64,000 nucleotides of DNA from Tubulanus polymorphus (GCF_964204645.1 NC_134032.1:6250275-6314274), one strand, 5' to 3'; shown: positions 50,901-63,470, counted from the stretch's first letter. Notes: generated from the sequence alone by a model not told the origin. Program-made: numbers and translations.

Positions 50901-53900
50901 CCAGACCGAGTAAATTTCCAAAACGACCTTAACACGCCGTTCGAACAAAAAACTTAATATTCCGACAAGAAAATCTTGTTCGAATGAAAACAATTCTATT
51001 TGATCGAACAATAAGCTTTTTGTTTGAACCAAAACTTTTCTTCATTCTGACAAAAATGTGTTCGAATAAAAAGCTATATTATTGTTGAAATGAAGAACTT
51101 TTTGTCCCGGCAAAGAAATTTGGTTGAGCGAAAACAACTTTTTTGGAACAAATGTTTGAATGAAAACAATTATGTTCGATTGAACGAAATACTTAATACT
51201 TTTGGTTCGGAGAAAAAACTTTTTACAATATACTTGTTCGAACGAAAAACTTAATGTTTTTGACGAGAAAATTCTGTTCAAATTAAAACGATTCTGTTCG
51301 ATCGAATGATTGTTCGAACGAAAAACCTTTCGTTTGGACAAAAAAAAGTTTGTTCAACTTTGTTCTAACGATTTTTTCAAATTGGTTCAATCGAACAGAA
51401 TATTATTGATTCGAACGAAATATATTTTGTTCCGACGAAAGGATTTTCAAGCGAAAGGTCTTATGAACGAAAAAAAGATATTTCTAGGGCTCTGCAGTAA
51501 CTTAAAGCTGGACGTAGGTCGGCCTTGCGACGCGATGCGATCCTCGCGTTGCATCGCAAGTTTCACTGCAAGTCGGTTGCGATACGATTGTCAGCGACTG
51601 TGTGCGACTAGTTTCTGCCAGTCGCAAGAGCGCGTAGGTCGGTTGTGACAGCCGTGTCGCGTCGCAGAAAGTAGAACACGTGCGACTCCTTGTGACTGGC
51701 GTTGCTGACAGTCGCAACCCGTCGCAAGGGAGCGTAGGTCGATGATTAGTTGCGACACAATCGTCACTGGCGGTCGCAGTGAATGGCGTCGCAGTGAGTC
51801 ACAAGCCATCGCAAAGCCGACCTACGTCCGGCTTAAGTCATTAGCAATTAATGAAATACCTGTTTCATTCATGAAGAAAAAACTCAAATGAAAAGTCTGG
51901 CTTATAAAGCTGTCTGCTCAGACGAAATTTTCAAAAAAACTCTTCATTTTTGCCAATGAAATTGATAATTGTGATTGATCGTTGCAAGTCAGAACCAGTT
52001 AATCACTAATTAACATGCATTTTAATAAATCTGATTCCTCCTTTACAGTGAACTTAGCTTTAACCTAGTAGAGGCTACTAGCCTATGTAGGCCTATATAT
52101 ATGCGTAGGCCTAACATCCGGACAGATTGGTCGTAGGCCTATTGAATAACAACCCTCCTAAATATCGTAAATTTTGTTTTGAAGTTCAATCCAATGAGTC
52201 CGTTAATAAACGCAACAATTATACTGTGTTTGTTTGAGACAGTAAAGGTCAGTTCCGGTAGGCCTAAGCCTTAAGGTCGCGTAAAACTCGATAAAATCTT
52301 CAAGCGACACAGCGAACGATCTTTCCCCCACAGCGATCGCTTACTCCTAATTTCAAGTGTGAGTCCAGCATACGGATAGGAGTATGTTATATACTTGTAT
52401 TTAGTAAATACCTTGTTCATTTGACAATGATCGGTATGTACTGTAGGAAATATAGAGTATTGATGGTATTGATATAGAGGTTGAAGCCCGCGGCTGAATA
52501 AAGTAATATATTCTTTTATTTTGATACCTCGTCGACATAACAGCTTTTCTCCGCTATATCTCTTCGGCGTGTTTAGTTTAGGCCTACGATTCCCCGGTAC
52601 ACTAAAGATTTATCTTAGTAAATACACGGTTAATTCGGTAAAGAAAAAAAGGTATTGTTAAACTAACTCCTTGAAACCCGCAGCCAAATCACTGGTAGTA
52701 ATAAATTAATTTGTACTCGATTTGATTCTCATGATGAGGAGAAACTTGCAGCTGTTCCCCGGAACGACGATGTAGTAACACACGTCGATTCGTCGACGTT
52801 TACGGCTCGACAGTGCTTTTAAAATCTAAAGTAGTAAATTTCCAGTGTATCGGTAATATGATTTGAGGAAAATGGGCTATTGTTAAAATCACTGTTTGAA
52901 GACCGCAGCTGAATGTGAAGTCTGCAGCAATAAATTAGTTCATTTATACTTGAATTGATAATCGAAGTGACAATCGGCCTGCGGGTTGATTTCGGAATGA
53001 CGACTCGAAAAACATGTCGCCCCATTGAATGGGGCTAAATTTTCGATGTTTACGGCCTGACAGTGCTTTTGTAACGATGAAAAAAACACGCAGAGTATTT
53101 GTAGATCTCAGTGAGCTGAACGATATCATACGGATTGTATCGACAACAGCGGCAAGGTAACAAAGCCTTAGTTCTTTTAGTGAAAATAGTGTGACATAAA
53201 ATAATAATAAGAAGAAACACGCGAATCTCAATAGGGTTTTCTGTGATGTAACAGAAAACCCTAAGTAAGTACATTTTTAACTTGTGAATGGTCGAACCCC
53301 AGTTATTCACAGTAACCTGTGGTTTGGATATTCTCGGAGCCTTCCTTCTTTATTTATTTATGAAATGACGTCACAAACTTACAGATTCGCGCCCGTATGC
53401 GCGCCATGATTGATGATTGCTATTTCCACCGGTGCTATCTTTAAGTAACTTCAAGTTTGAAATAGGAAGCACAGTACATCCATAGAAACCACGCGCAAAA
53501 AGAGACTGTTATGTTATTATCAGAGTTTACCATTTCGTTTCAAAGTTGTTAGTAGTCAAATCTAATAGAAGATGATTTTTATGTGACGAAATTCAGTGGA
53601 AAATATGTTAAAATAATAAGCAGCAGGAATCCAATAGGGTTTCTGCTGAGGCAGCAGAAACCCTAATAATTGATGGCATGTAAAACTCATGGTTCCCACA
53701 GTTAAATGAATTCAAAGTTCCCAAGTTTTTCCCAAGTATTTCATGGGTGATTCTTCAATTTTCACAAATGGAAATGAACACATATCATCAGCATCATGCA
53801 ACAGTCAACATTTTAGTGGTGACAGGTTGATAAAGGTGATTTTCAAGGGAAATCGCCAAAGATAGTTGCCCTTGGCAAATGCAATACGTGAATGTAATGA

Positions 53901-56900
53901 ATTTCCCAAATATTTCCCTGATTTGAGGAACATTTTTCAAATTCCCAAATATTTCCAAACCGGGAATTATTATTTCAAAATTCCCAGGTTTTTCCCAATT
54001 TCCCTGTTCTGTGGGAACCATGAAAACTACTACAACCGAAAGTGAGATATAACTTAACTAGTGACACTATCTGTATAATTTGTAACTTGAAAGTCATCCA
54101 CTTTTCCCTGATTTCCACGGTAGTAGCCACCCTGTTATACCTCTGATCTTGAAATAGGGTAGATGAGATTATGCAATATGGAGATTAAAAGATTCGGCCA
54201 GGAACCAAAAATTAAGGAGTTCTAATGAGTTATCTAAGAGCAGTTAAAGGGGAAATGCAGTCAAAAAACTTTAATCGGCCACTCATTTCTACTCATGTTG
54301 TTGTTTAGCATAATACTAGTTGAAATTTCCAATTCTACCCAATTAACTCGTATACAATGATTTTCACACTGTTATCTATGGAACGCGATAAATGAAAAGA
54401 ATATGAGCCCTGCACCAACATATGTTTTTTGCAACGTGATAGCGTCCCGACATAAGAATTTATATTTTTACAACGACGTAATACTTTAATGCATTTGCGA
54501 CGACGTAAGTTTTTGTGACGACATAAGTTTTTTCGACAACGTTAGTTTTTGTGACGAAGTAAGTTTTAATTTAAATTCCAAAGAGGCTGTGAGGCATGTA
54601 AACATTGATGACTTAGTCCCGGCCAATCGCACACTCGAGGTTGTACACAAATAGAAGATACACTCATCGAAGATCTCAGTTGAAAATTGCAATTTAAATA
54701 TTCCTGCTGGGCTGCCAGTGGGGTCTCTACTTTATCAACCCACGGTGAGACATATCCAAATAATTGCTGATGTGGCATTATGCTGCAGTTGTTACTGTTA
54801 TTGGACTTCAAGTGATTAAAACACGATGAATAGTAAGACGTGGACCGCATTATTAAGTCACAGCCAAGAGAAAAACATCTGCTACGTGAAGAAAATGGCG
54901 TTAAAAAAGATTTTTCACTGCATTCCCCTTTAAGAAAAGTTTTCAAGGAGCAGCATTAGGGTTAATGCCAGAACGTACCTTGTGAAGCTGTGTTCGAACT
55001 TCGGATACGAAATCCCTCGAAGCGACTTCTAAGTAGAATGCGTGGCCACAATTATTCACACAAGCGTCCAAAAGCTGAAAACCAAAATAATTCAAATAAG
55101 TCACAACTTCATTAAAATTTGTAATGTGCCTCGGTACCTATTTAGTATGGTAGTACCCCGGTTAATGCTGATCAATTTAGAACCAATTAAATTAATCCTG
55201 TTAAACATCATATTACGCATACAATACATCTACCATCACCAACCAGTACTACCTATATCAGTTGATAGCCAAAACGTGCATTTTTAGAAACCAAGATAGC
55301 CACCGGTTAGCTTGATTGGAAGACATCATGAACTAGTTTGGTCATATGAGACCATTTTATTTCAAATTAGCATATAAACTAGGGGTCCAGGGACACCATG
55401 CCCACTTGGGAAGTGGTTTCAAATGCTCAACAATCTAACAATTTCAACATTCAACGCCCCCTGGTGACCATTTACAAAAACCAACGACCTTGAAACTCAC
55501 CAAAATCATAGAACATGTCAGCAGCTACGATTTTGTAATTGATTGTGATAACAAAATATGCCTCGTTACCAATTTAATATGGAAATACTAAGTCATTCTA
55601 CAATTCAACGCCCCCTGGTGACCATATTCAAAACCCAACGACCTCGAAACTCACCACAATCATAGAACATGTCATGAACTGCAACTTTGCAATTGATCAT
55701 GGTAACAAAATATGCCTAGGTACCAATATAATAAGGAAATACTAAGTTATTCTACTATTCAACGCCCCCTGGTGACTATATAGAAAAACTTATGTCCTTA
55801 AAACTCACAACAATCATAGATGATGTCATGAGCTACAACTTTCCAATTGATTGTGGTTACAAAATATGCATAGGTACGAATATAATAAAGAAATGCTAAG
55901 ATATTGTATTATTCAACGCCCCCTGGTGGCCATATACGAAATCCAATTACCTTGAAACTCACCACAATCATAGAACACGTTATGAGCTACATCTTTCTAA
56001 TTGATTGTGGTAGCAAAAAACGCTTAGGTATCAATATAATGTGGAAAAACTTTTTCCCACTTACGAATGAGTACTGGTGACACCAAGATGGCCGCCAGTT
56101 GCGTCATAATTGGCTGATGAAAAATACCTGTCTGAGGTATAAAACATCCCTTTCCAAAGAATACCCATCACAAATTGCAATGAGAAATGGTAAACCAGTA
56201 GGAAGCTACAGGACTCAGAATTTGGGCAAAAATTAACATTTTTGGGCACTAAAAAGGTCATAGGACGGCCATCTTGAGTCCGACCAACCCAATTTTTGTT
56301 TCGTTGATGGGCCCTGGGGGGATTCACATATATCCGAAAGATCAAGGTAATTGATCGAAGCGTCTTCAAAAAATGCTGATTTTGGCGAACAACAATGGCT
56401 GCCAGTCAGCCATCTTGATTCTGACAGGGCCTGTTTTTGGGCTGAAGATGTGTCTAGGGTAGATACACGTGTAACCCAAATATCAAGACGTTACCTTGAA
56501 GCGTCTTCAAAACTTCCCAAAATAACTGGATTCCGTCTACGGACGGACGGACGGACGGACGACGGACGAAAAGTGAACGCAATAGCCCGCTGGGACTAAA
56601 GTCCCAAGTGGGCTAAAAATGAATTCTACATATTATATCAATTGATAGCCAAAATTTGCATTTTCAGAAATCAAGATGGCCACCAGGTGGCCACATAAGA
56701 TGACATCATGACTTATTTTGGTCATACGATATTCATTTCACATTCTCATATGAAAGCTTTACATAGACTATTATACCGTTGGATAGCCAAATTGTGCACA
56801 TGGCCACCAATCAGTCATAATGCATCCGATTACCACAAATATCAAAATCGTCCAATATTTTTTAGTCATACATAATATATCTGAATTTGAAGACGACTGG

Positions 56901-59900
56901 TCAAAAATTGTGGTCTGTAGAGTGTACACTAGAAATCTGATGCACACACGCCAGACCACCACTAAGACCCAGGAATACAACACAAGCCGAAGGGCCTTCG
57001 GCCAAGCTGGCTAAAAATGATAGTAATAAATTTGACATCAAACTTGGTAGATTAATTGAAAATGAGTTGGAAATTATTCTAATTTTGAGGGAATTCTGAT
57101 ACCTTTAGATGTAGTTGTGCTCTTAGAAAGAAGAAACTACCCTAAGTAGTCAGGTCTGCAAAAATGAGAGTTATTTATCAAAGATAGTACGTTTGTCCAA
57201 AACCTAGGCGTTATTCAGATGAAGAGAGAATATTGATATTTTTTATGGTTAGTTTGCTCTTAAGAGTCTAATCTACTCTCAAATCGTAGTCCGAATCAGG
57301 AGGCAATTCCTTCTAAAGCACTTAAAACATTTTCAAAAACCAACAGCTATGAAAAGGCAGATACTGATTTAACTTACGGTTAACGATTGCATGGCTACGT
57401 GAGGAACCTTGTGATTCATTCGCTTGATGATTGATTGCAAACAATCCTTTGGCCTGAAATAATATGCATAGTAAATAAAGCAACAAAGCAGCGACATTGG
57501 GCTTTTTCTTAAGTACAGCCGATTCAAGTTAACCAATGGACAACCGACTCGGTGATAATTAAAGCTTAATTGTCACTGTGTGATGAACCCACACTTCAGT
57601 ATCCCTATAGTCCACAACCTTTTTTTAATTCTATTGAGGCTGTATGGAACAAGGGGGTTGAATAGTCATGGATTAGAATTAAACTAGTCTCAGACTAAAT
57701 TAGTTATACTGCTAATCTAACAACTTTGCCACCACAAATATATAGTATTCATTGCCCGTGGAGCTAGCCAGCTTTTGTTCGAAATTGACCAATGAGCTAT
57801 GAATAGGAATATTCGTAATACCTTTGGTGACAAAACAGGAAGTACGACTTTAGTAGCCAGCAGCGAAGGCCAGTCTAATGCAGCTGTCAACACACTGTCG
57901 GTACAAACCCCTCAGACATTCACCTTTTCCCAAAACATGTTCATCCAGGCTTTGCCACCGCCTGTGACAGTACCCCAGGGCCCAGTTTTATAGACTGGTA
58001 TAAACGCGGGGGTTAACTCAATTGAATATGAATTAAGTTAATCCCTGGGTTAAAGTTAATACCAGTCTAAAAAACCGGCCCCAGACATTTTTCTTTAAAA
58101 ATGAATTAGTGTGTCGTCATGTCTGAACCATCAATTCAAGACAGACATTCACCATTTGTGGAAACTGTGTTCGTCCAGACTTCGCCATTTAAAAAGTGAC
58201 CGTGGGGGGTGGGTACACACAGCAGATTGACAGCTGCATAAGCTCGTTTTGGTTCCATAACCAATCACAAAACTTTAGACCAGTCTTAAGCTGTTCTTTG
58301 TTTTATAGGCCATCTAACAAGTTAAGACCAGTCCTAAGCTCATTTGGTTCTATATTTGGTTGTGTAACCAATCTGAAAACTTAAAACCAGTTTAAGCTCA
58401 TTTTGCTTCCATAGCCAATTTAACAACTCAAAATCAGTTTTAAAGATTTAAACTTATTTTGATTCTACGTATAACCCATCTCACAACTTCAGACCACTCT
58501 GGCTCCTTTGAGGCAGGAATTTTGATACATACCCGTTGGGTGTCGATTGAATGCGGTCACATATATCCATTATCAGACCCCAATCTTCACTTGTGTTCAT
58601 TTCGCTCGTTGCTTTTTCTTTAGGAAAACAAAAAGAAAAATCAGTATCATGAAGAGAATTTATTGAAAAATTGGGATTTGAACACAACACCTAGGCCAAC
58701 TGCAAGCTAATGCTGCATTCTACCACAAAACCATTATGATCTGAAGTAAAACTAGGGGTCCAGGGACACCATGCCCAATTGGGAAGTGGTTTCAAATACT
58801 CAGCAATCTAACAATTTCAATATTCAACGCCCCCTGGTGACCATATACAAAACCAATGACCTTGAAACTAACCACAATTAAAGAACATGTCAGCAGCTAT
58901 GATTTTGTAATTGAATGTGATAACAAAATATGCCTCGTTACCAATTTAATATAGAAATACTAAGTTATTCTACTATTCAACGCCCCCTGGTGACCATATT
59001 CAAAACCCAATGACCTTGAAACTCACCACAATCATTGAACATGTCATGAGCTACAACTTTGCAATTTGTCATGGTAACAAAATATGCCTAGGTACCAATA
59101 TAATAAGGAAATACTAAGTTATTCTATTAATCAACGCCCCCTAGTGGCCATATAGAATAACTAATGTCCTTGAAACTCACCACAATCATAGACGATGTCA
59201 TGTGCTACAACTTTGCAATTGATTGTGCTAACAAAATATGCATTGGTACAAATATAATATAGAAATACTAAGACATTGTATTATTCAACGCCCCCTGGTG
59301 GCAATATACAATAACCAATCACCTCGAAACTCACCACAATCATAGAACACGTTATAAGCTACAACTTTCTTATTCATCGTTGTAACAAAATATGCTTAGA
59401 TATCAATATAATGTCGAAAAACTTTTTCCCACATACGAATGAGTACTGATGACACCAAGATGGCCACCAATTGCGTCATAATTGGCTGATCAAAAATACC
59501 TATCCCAGGTATAAAACATCCCTTTCCAAAGAATACCCATCAGCAATTGCAATGAGAAATGGCAGACCAGTAGGAAGCTACAGGACTCAGAATTCGGGCC
59601 AAAATTGACATTTTTGGGCACTTAAAAGGTCATAGGACGGCCATCTTGAGTCCGATCGACCCAATTTTTGTTATGCTGATAGGCCCTGGGGGAATTCAAG
59701 CATATACAAAAGATCAAGGTAATTGATTGAAGCGTCTTCAAAATTTCCCTCAAAAAGTTCAAAAACGTGTAAAAAGTGCTGACTGGCGATCAACATTGGC
59801 TGCCAGTCGGCCATCTTGATTCTGACTGGGCCAGTTTTTGGGCTGAAGATGTATGTAGGGTAGATACATGTGTAACCCGAATATCAAGACATTACATTGA

Positions 59901-62900
59901 AGCGTCTTCAAAGCTTCCCAAAATAACTGGATTCCGTCTATGGACGGACGGACGCTACGACGGACAAAAGGTGAACGCAATAGCCCACTGGGACTAAAGT
60001 CCCAAGTGGGCTGAAAACGTTTCGCTAAAAATCCTTGATCCAGTTCCCCAGTTGTGAGTTAGAGTTAATCCTGAGTTGAAATTAGTTCATTTTCAATGAG
60101 TTAACTATGAGTCGAATCTTAACTCAGAAATGTGGAACTGGCTCACTTAAATCTAACCATATGAATGCAGCTTTACCCTAAACAGGATTCCAGACTTATA
60201 GTAAGCTAAGACAAAATTTATTGGCAGGTGATATTTACTCCATGCAGAATTATTTCCTGCTAACGCTAGTAGAAATTGCAAATGCAACGTTCTACTTGGG
60301 CAATTTACATTGCGTATGCGCACTTAGAAAATTCAAGGAAAGTGTGGAGAACAAGAGAAAGATAAGAGGTTAGAGCACTATTCGAACCCGGGGCAGCACT
60401 TTTGCCGAAATGGGGGTCTTAGGCCTACCGTGCACTAGACCACCAAAAGGCTTGTGGCCTTGGTGGCCCACTGAATGATTTTCCAATACGGGATATCGAC
60501 AAATTCAAGTTCTTGAATTACTCATTTGATGGCGCTAGTCAGAACAGGAAATTGGAACCTAAATCCGCCATGCTCTAGTTCATTTGCAATGAAAATCTCT
60601 CGCTTCAAGTTTTTAACGAGCGATATTTTACTTACTTTATATCGTCATGCATACTCCTTTAAATATGATATCCTACCGCTATTGGATATGATAAAACCTC
60701 ACTGCAAAGGCTAGAAATCACTATAAGTGTCCTAAAATTATCAAAAAACATTTTGAAACGGCTGACGATGTAAAGACTGGTTGCCAGGTATCACATGGTG
60801 GCAGCACTTGAGGGCCCAATTTTGATTGTTGGTTCGAGTCCTGGGCTCGGTTTCACAAAAAAGTTAAACTCAAATTTTTGGTGTAATTGCCAATGGCTAC
60901 TTCATGTTTTCAATGAGGACAACAATTCAAACTTAACCGTTTTAGGCTTAAACTTTTTCGTGAAACTGGGCCCTGGTACTTTTCATATTTTTATTATGAA
61001 TCTACGAGTTTAGTCCTTCTAAAATCAATTTTATTTCATAATATTATTTCATATTTATCAGTGTAGCCTGCAAGAAATTTACCTTAAGAGTCTTAAACTC
61101 AACAACAAAGTGATGACACCCGGCACCAGTCATTACTTCCGTTAGCTGCTTCAAGCGTCATCGCTAAATTTGTGATTTTTGGTAGTTTTTTTACATTTCA
61201 GAAATTTTCTAGTGATCTTTAGCGTTCGAAGTGAGGTTTTATCGAATTCAACACATTGTCAGAGTATCATACTCAAAGGATTACGCGTGCCGTTGTATAG
61301 TAAATAAAATATCGCTAACCGAAAACTTGAAGCGAGAGATTTTTATTGCAAATGAACTAGAACATGGTGGATTTAGGTTCCAAGTTCCGGTTCTGACTAG
61401 CGCCATCAAACGAGTAATTCAAGAACTTGAATTTGTCGATATCCCGTATTATCACTCTCAACCCTACCGTAACTAGGGCTGTAAAACAGACCCTAACTCT
61501 AATCCTAACGCCTGGACCATCTAGACCCTAACCCTATAAAAACCCTAACGCGGAACCTAATACAATAATTTCACTGTTATCCAGAAGTTTATCTTATAAT
61601 ATACAGATGTCTGCAAAATAGTGTTAATTCAAACCATGCCGCTTTGGCTAAATTTCCACTTCCAAAATTTATTTCGAGCAAATTGGTCAATCAATGGGTT
61701 ATGAAATCCTGAGTGATTGAAATGGGATTTTCAATGTGGTTATTTTGCCGGATCCGGTCACCGACTTCTGACCGATATTTTACCAGTTATCATCTCTAAT
61801 TGGATGATTTACTCGGCGCAGAAAATTCAAGGAAAGTGCACGGAGAACAGAGTTTGAGAAAATAGAGCGGATAGAGCGAGACTCGAACCCCGGCCAGTAA
61901 ATTCAGAGATGAGAATTCCCCGCGGATTTCAGTATTGAAAAATATCATCTTTCCAAATACTCCAAAAATGATGTAAAAGTATAGTTGATGATGATCTCAC
62001 TCAACTGGTCCGGCGTGTTTGGTAATCGAGTGAACTATAAAAGCGTTCAGCGCCTTTTGTACTTATCGTCGCGTATTGCATTGCAACACTGATTTTGTAT
62101 CTACTACGATGTGTATCCATTTATTCTATCGACCTTTTTTTAGTGAGCATTCATCGGTGCATTTTAAGGCTCGACCCGTAATACATGAGATGCTGATTGT
62201 TATAGAATGAGGATGTGCCACAATGGAAATAGCCATTACCTTCCAAAATATAGGCCTAATAGTCGTTCATGGGTTCAAGATCGCTCTAAGTGGACGGAAA
62301 ACGCTTTAAATTTCTAAAATTTTCTTGGGGGAGGGCCCCCATACCCCCACAATTGAATATGAACTGCAAATTAATTCAAAACATCACAAAAATACCTGTG
62401 TTTATATAGTTTATTTAGCCGTTATAAAGTTCCGATAAACAATTGGCTGTTAAGCCATGGATCAGTATCAGGATCAGTATCGGTCGCGACGCTTTTCTGT
62501 AAAAAACAGGGGATGAAATGCCAGGCCTCGGCTGTACTAAAATTTTCAACCAGAAAGTTGGGACGATCACATGACATTCTGATGACGTCATCGTGTTTAA
62601 AACTTTAACATGAAAAGTTAACATATTCACAGACCGATATTCATTGTCAGATTTGAATCATATAAAATTAATAAATAACTTAAATAGAATAAATTATTAT
62701 CAAATATATAATTCCTTGACAAAAATGCATTTGAATGTAAGTTATTCTCATATATTTTTCGTATTATAGTTTTCACCTTAGATGCTTCAGGTTCGCGTTC
62801 AGTCAGAGAAGCGTCAAGACAAGTGACTTGACTGTCCCAACTTTCTGGCTGGCATGACTTGAAAGGCATTTCATCCCTTGTAGTTTTATATAGTAAAGCG

Positions 62901-63334
62901 TCGCGACTGCCTGATACTGATCCTTAACAGCCAATTGTTTATAAGAGCTATATAGCAGATAAATAAACAATAAACACAACAAGGTATTTCTGACTCAGTG
63001 ATATTTTGCAGTTTCTTTGCAGTTCATATTTAGCACCATTCTCGCGAGATTATCAACCACTCTGAAAAAAAATCCAAGCCCATGGCCAAACCCCTGTGGC
63101 AGTCATCGTTTATTTCGGGATCAGTGACAAAATGACTCGTCACGTCAAGTGACCAAAATAGGTCTCGCATACGATTTCATAACTAACAATCGCCGTCGCT
63201 TTAAAGTGAAATTCTGATGGAATGAACCAACCTAGAACCCTCAGATTTCACTGAGATACGCAGAGAACAGTTTATAAGAGGATAAGCTTACCGACATCGG
63301 CGTCGAACGGGGTCGTCGCGTTGAAAAGTGGCAT
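35962..63334 (-). CDS. STAM: Signal transducing adapter molecule (STAM/Hse1 family, ESCRT-0 subunit; VHS-UIM-SH3-GAT/coiled-coil-P/Q-rich tail), ~571 aa, 15 coding exons
   Basis: Exons (-): 63292-63334 [14 protein letters not shown]; 58533-58617 [21 protein letters not shown]; 57378-57453 [25 protein letters not shown]; 54979-55074; 49362-49444; 48667-48797 (..KEEEDLVK); 47076-47188 (AIALSLEE); 46157-46242 ([21 protein letters not shown]); 45740-45831 ([16 protein letters not shown]); 45001-45086; 42890-42980; 41749-42002; 39478-39660; 36392-36546; 35962-36103 (..QQPLL*). All introns are GT-AG with consistent phases; total 1716 nt. Confidence 0.95.
37770..39075 (+). mobile_element. Second HINE/Helentron-like non-autonomous element (STAM intron 13)
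   Basis: Sub-terminal inverted repeat AAGCGCACAGC (37773-37783) / GCTGTGCGCTT (39031-39041); 5' motif GCGAGCGCCGAAGGCGCGAGC; internal ~190-bp duplication (38517-38690 vs 38708-38850). Confidence 0.5.
40199..41476 (-). mobile_element. HINE/DINE-like element, copy 2 (STAM intron 12)
   Basis: Full-length reverse complement of 22334-23557. Confidence 0.85.
43576..44352. mobile_element. Non-autonomous TIR element with 9-bp TSD (MULE-like), inserted into the end of a truncated HINE copy
   Basis: Ends GCGATATTTTTTTCACAAGA / TCTTGTGAAAAAAAAAATCGC; GTCCAGGGA duplicated at 43567-43575 and 44353-44361. HINE sequence resumes at 44353-44560. Confidence 0.82.
46410..46520. mobile_element. Short palindromic MITE family (CCAGTTCCACAGTTGTGAGTTAGAGTTAACTC..GTGGAACTGG); relatives at ~28950, 34040-34205, 39260-39400, 41530-41660 and 60035-60145
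   Basis: Inverted ends and repeated occurrence across the window; CTG on both flanks here. Confidence 0.6.
46645..47065. repeat. Degenerate ~50-bp tandem repeat (TTAGACTCAATTCTATGAGCCATTTTC..GAGTAGTGA); related arrays at ~35500-35740, 34780-34830 and 45940-46060
   Basis: 6-7 recognisable units. Confidence 0.65.
47230..47492. mobile_element. hAT-like MITE (CAGG(C/G)GCGGATCCA..); relative at ~33407-33684
   Basis: Degenerate TIRs CAGGCGCGGATCCAG / CTGCATCCACACCTG. Confidence 0.5.
47865..48057 (-). mobile_element. tRNA-derived SINE, same family as 14765-14990
   Basis: Reverse complement contains GGATTCGAGTCC..GCGGGCAACACTTCAAA..AATCCAAT..TTGGGAAA.CAAGATCC, matching the first copy. Confidence 0.75.
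50660..50930 (+). mobile_element. Short decayed CR1-type RT fragment
   Basis: [23 protein letters not shown] then [11 protein letters not shown]. Confidence 0.65.
50940..51475. repeat. Degenerate tandem/inverted repeat array rich in TTCGAAC / GAACAAAA
   Basis: Recurrent TTCGAA, TTCGATCGAAC and AAAACTTAAT motifs. Confidence 0.55.
51506..51833. mobile_element. PIF/Harbinger (Tourist-like) MITE
   Basis: TIR AGC(T/C)GGACGTAGGTCGGC(C/T)TTGCGA; TAA duplication at 51503-51505 / 51834-51836. Confidence 0.85.
53688..54022. mobile_element. MITE (CATGGTTCCCACAG TIR), copy 2
   Basis: Perfect TIR; AAAACT on both flanks. Confidence 0.78.
54248..54929. mobile_element. Kolobok-type non-autonomous element
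   Basis: TTAA/AGGGGAAATGCAGT ... ACTGCATTCCCCT/TTAA. Confidence 0.8.
55377..56619 (-). mobile_element. HINE/DINE-like element, copy 3 (STAM intron 3), nested in an older related repeat
   Basis: Near-identical to copy 2 apart from a ~35-bp deletion at ~56370. Confidence 0.85.
57976..58084. mobile_element. Short Harbinger-like MITE
   Basis: CAG/GGCCCAGTTTTATAGACTGGTAT ... ATACCAGTCTAAAAAACCGGCCC/CAG. Confidence 0.6.
58750..60017 (-). mobile_element. HINE/DINE-like element, copy 4 (STAM intron 1)
   Basis: Same termini, core repeats and (GGAC)n tract. Confidence 0.85.
60488..61447. mobile_element. Fold-back element with ~240-bp TIRs and AT flanks (ISL2EU-like), with a nested ~130-bp MITE at 60841-60974
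   Basis: ACGGGATATCGACAAATTCAAGTTCTTGAATTACTC.. is inverted at 61210-61447; AT at 60486-60487 and 61448-61449. Confidence 0.8.
62357..63029. mobile_element. TIR element with ~165-bp imperfect TIRs and a degenerate TTAA target (Kolobok-like)
   Basis: ATATGAACTGCAAA..AAACAATTGGCTGTTAAG..GGATGAAATGCC is inverted at 62866-63029; flanks TTGA / TTAG. Confidence 0.7.
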
Positions 63335-63374
63335 TTTAAAACCTATTTGCTTAGTATTTTCACCGATTCATTAA

Positions 63375-63470
63375 TGAAACCAGGAAGTAACTGTGTATTG
63401 CGCATGTACGGAAGTAAATTACGTCAAGTAATGTTTATAGGCGGCAGCACGTACCGGTACGGAAGAAACG
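63375..63470. promoter_or_regulatory. Putative STAM housekeeping-type promoter region
   Basis: 40-135 bp upstream of the STAM ATG: ETS-like CAGGAAGT, CGGAAGT and CGGAAG; NRF1-like TGCGCATG; CRE-like TTACGTCA. Motif match only. Confidence 0.45.
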
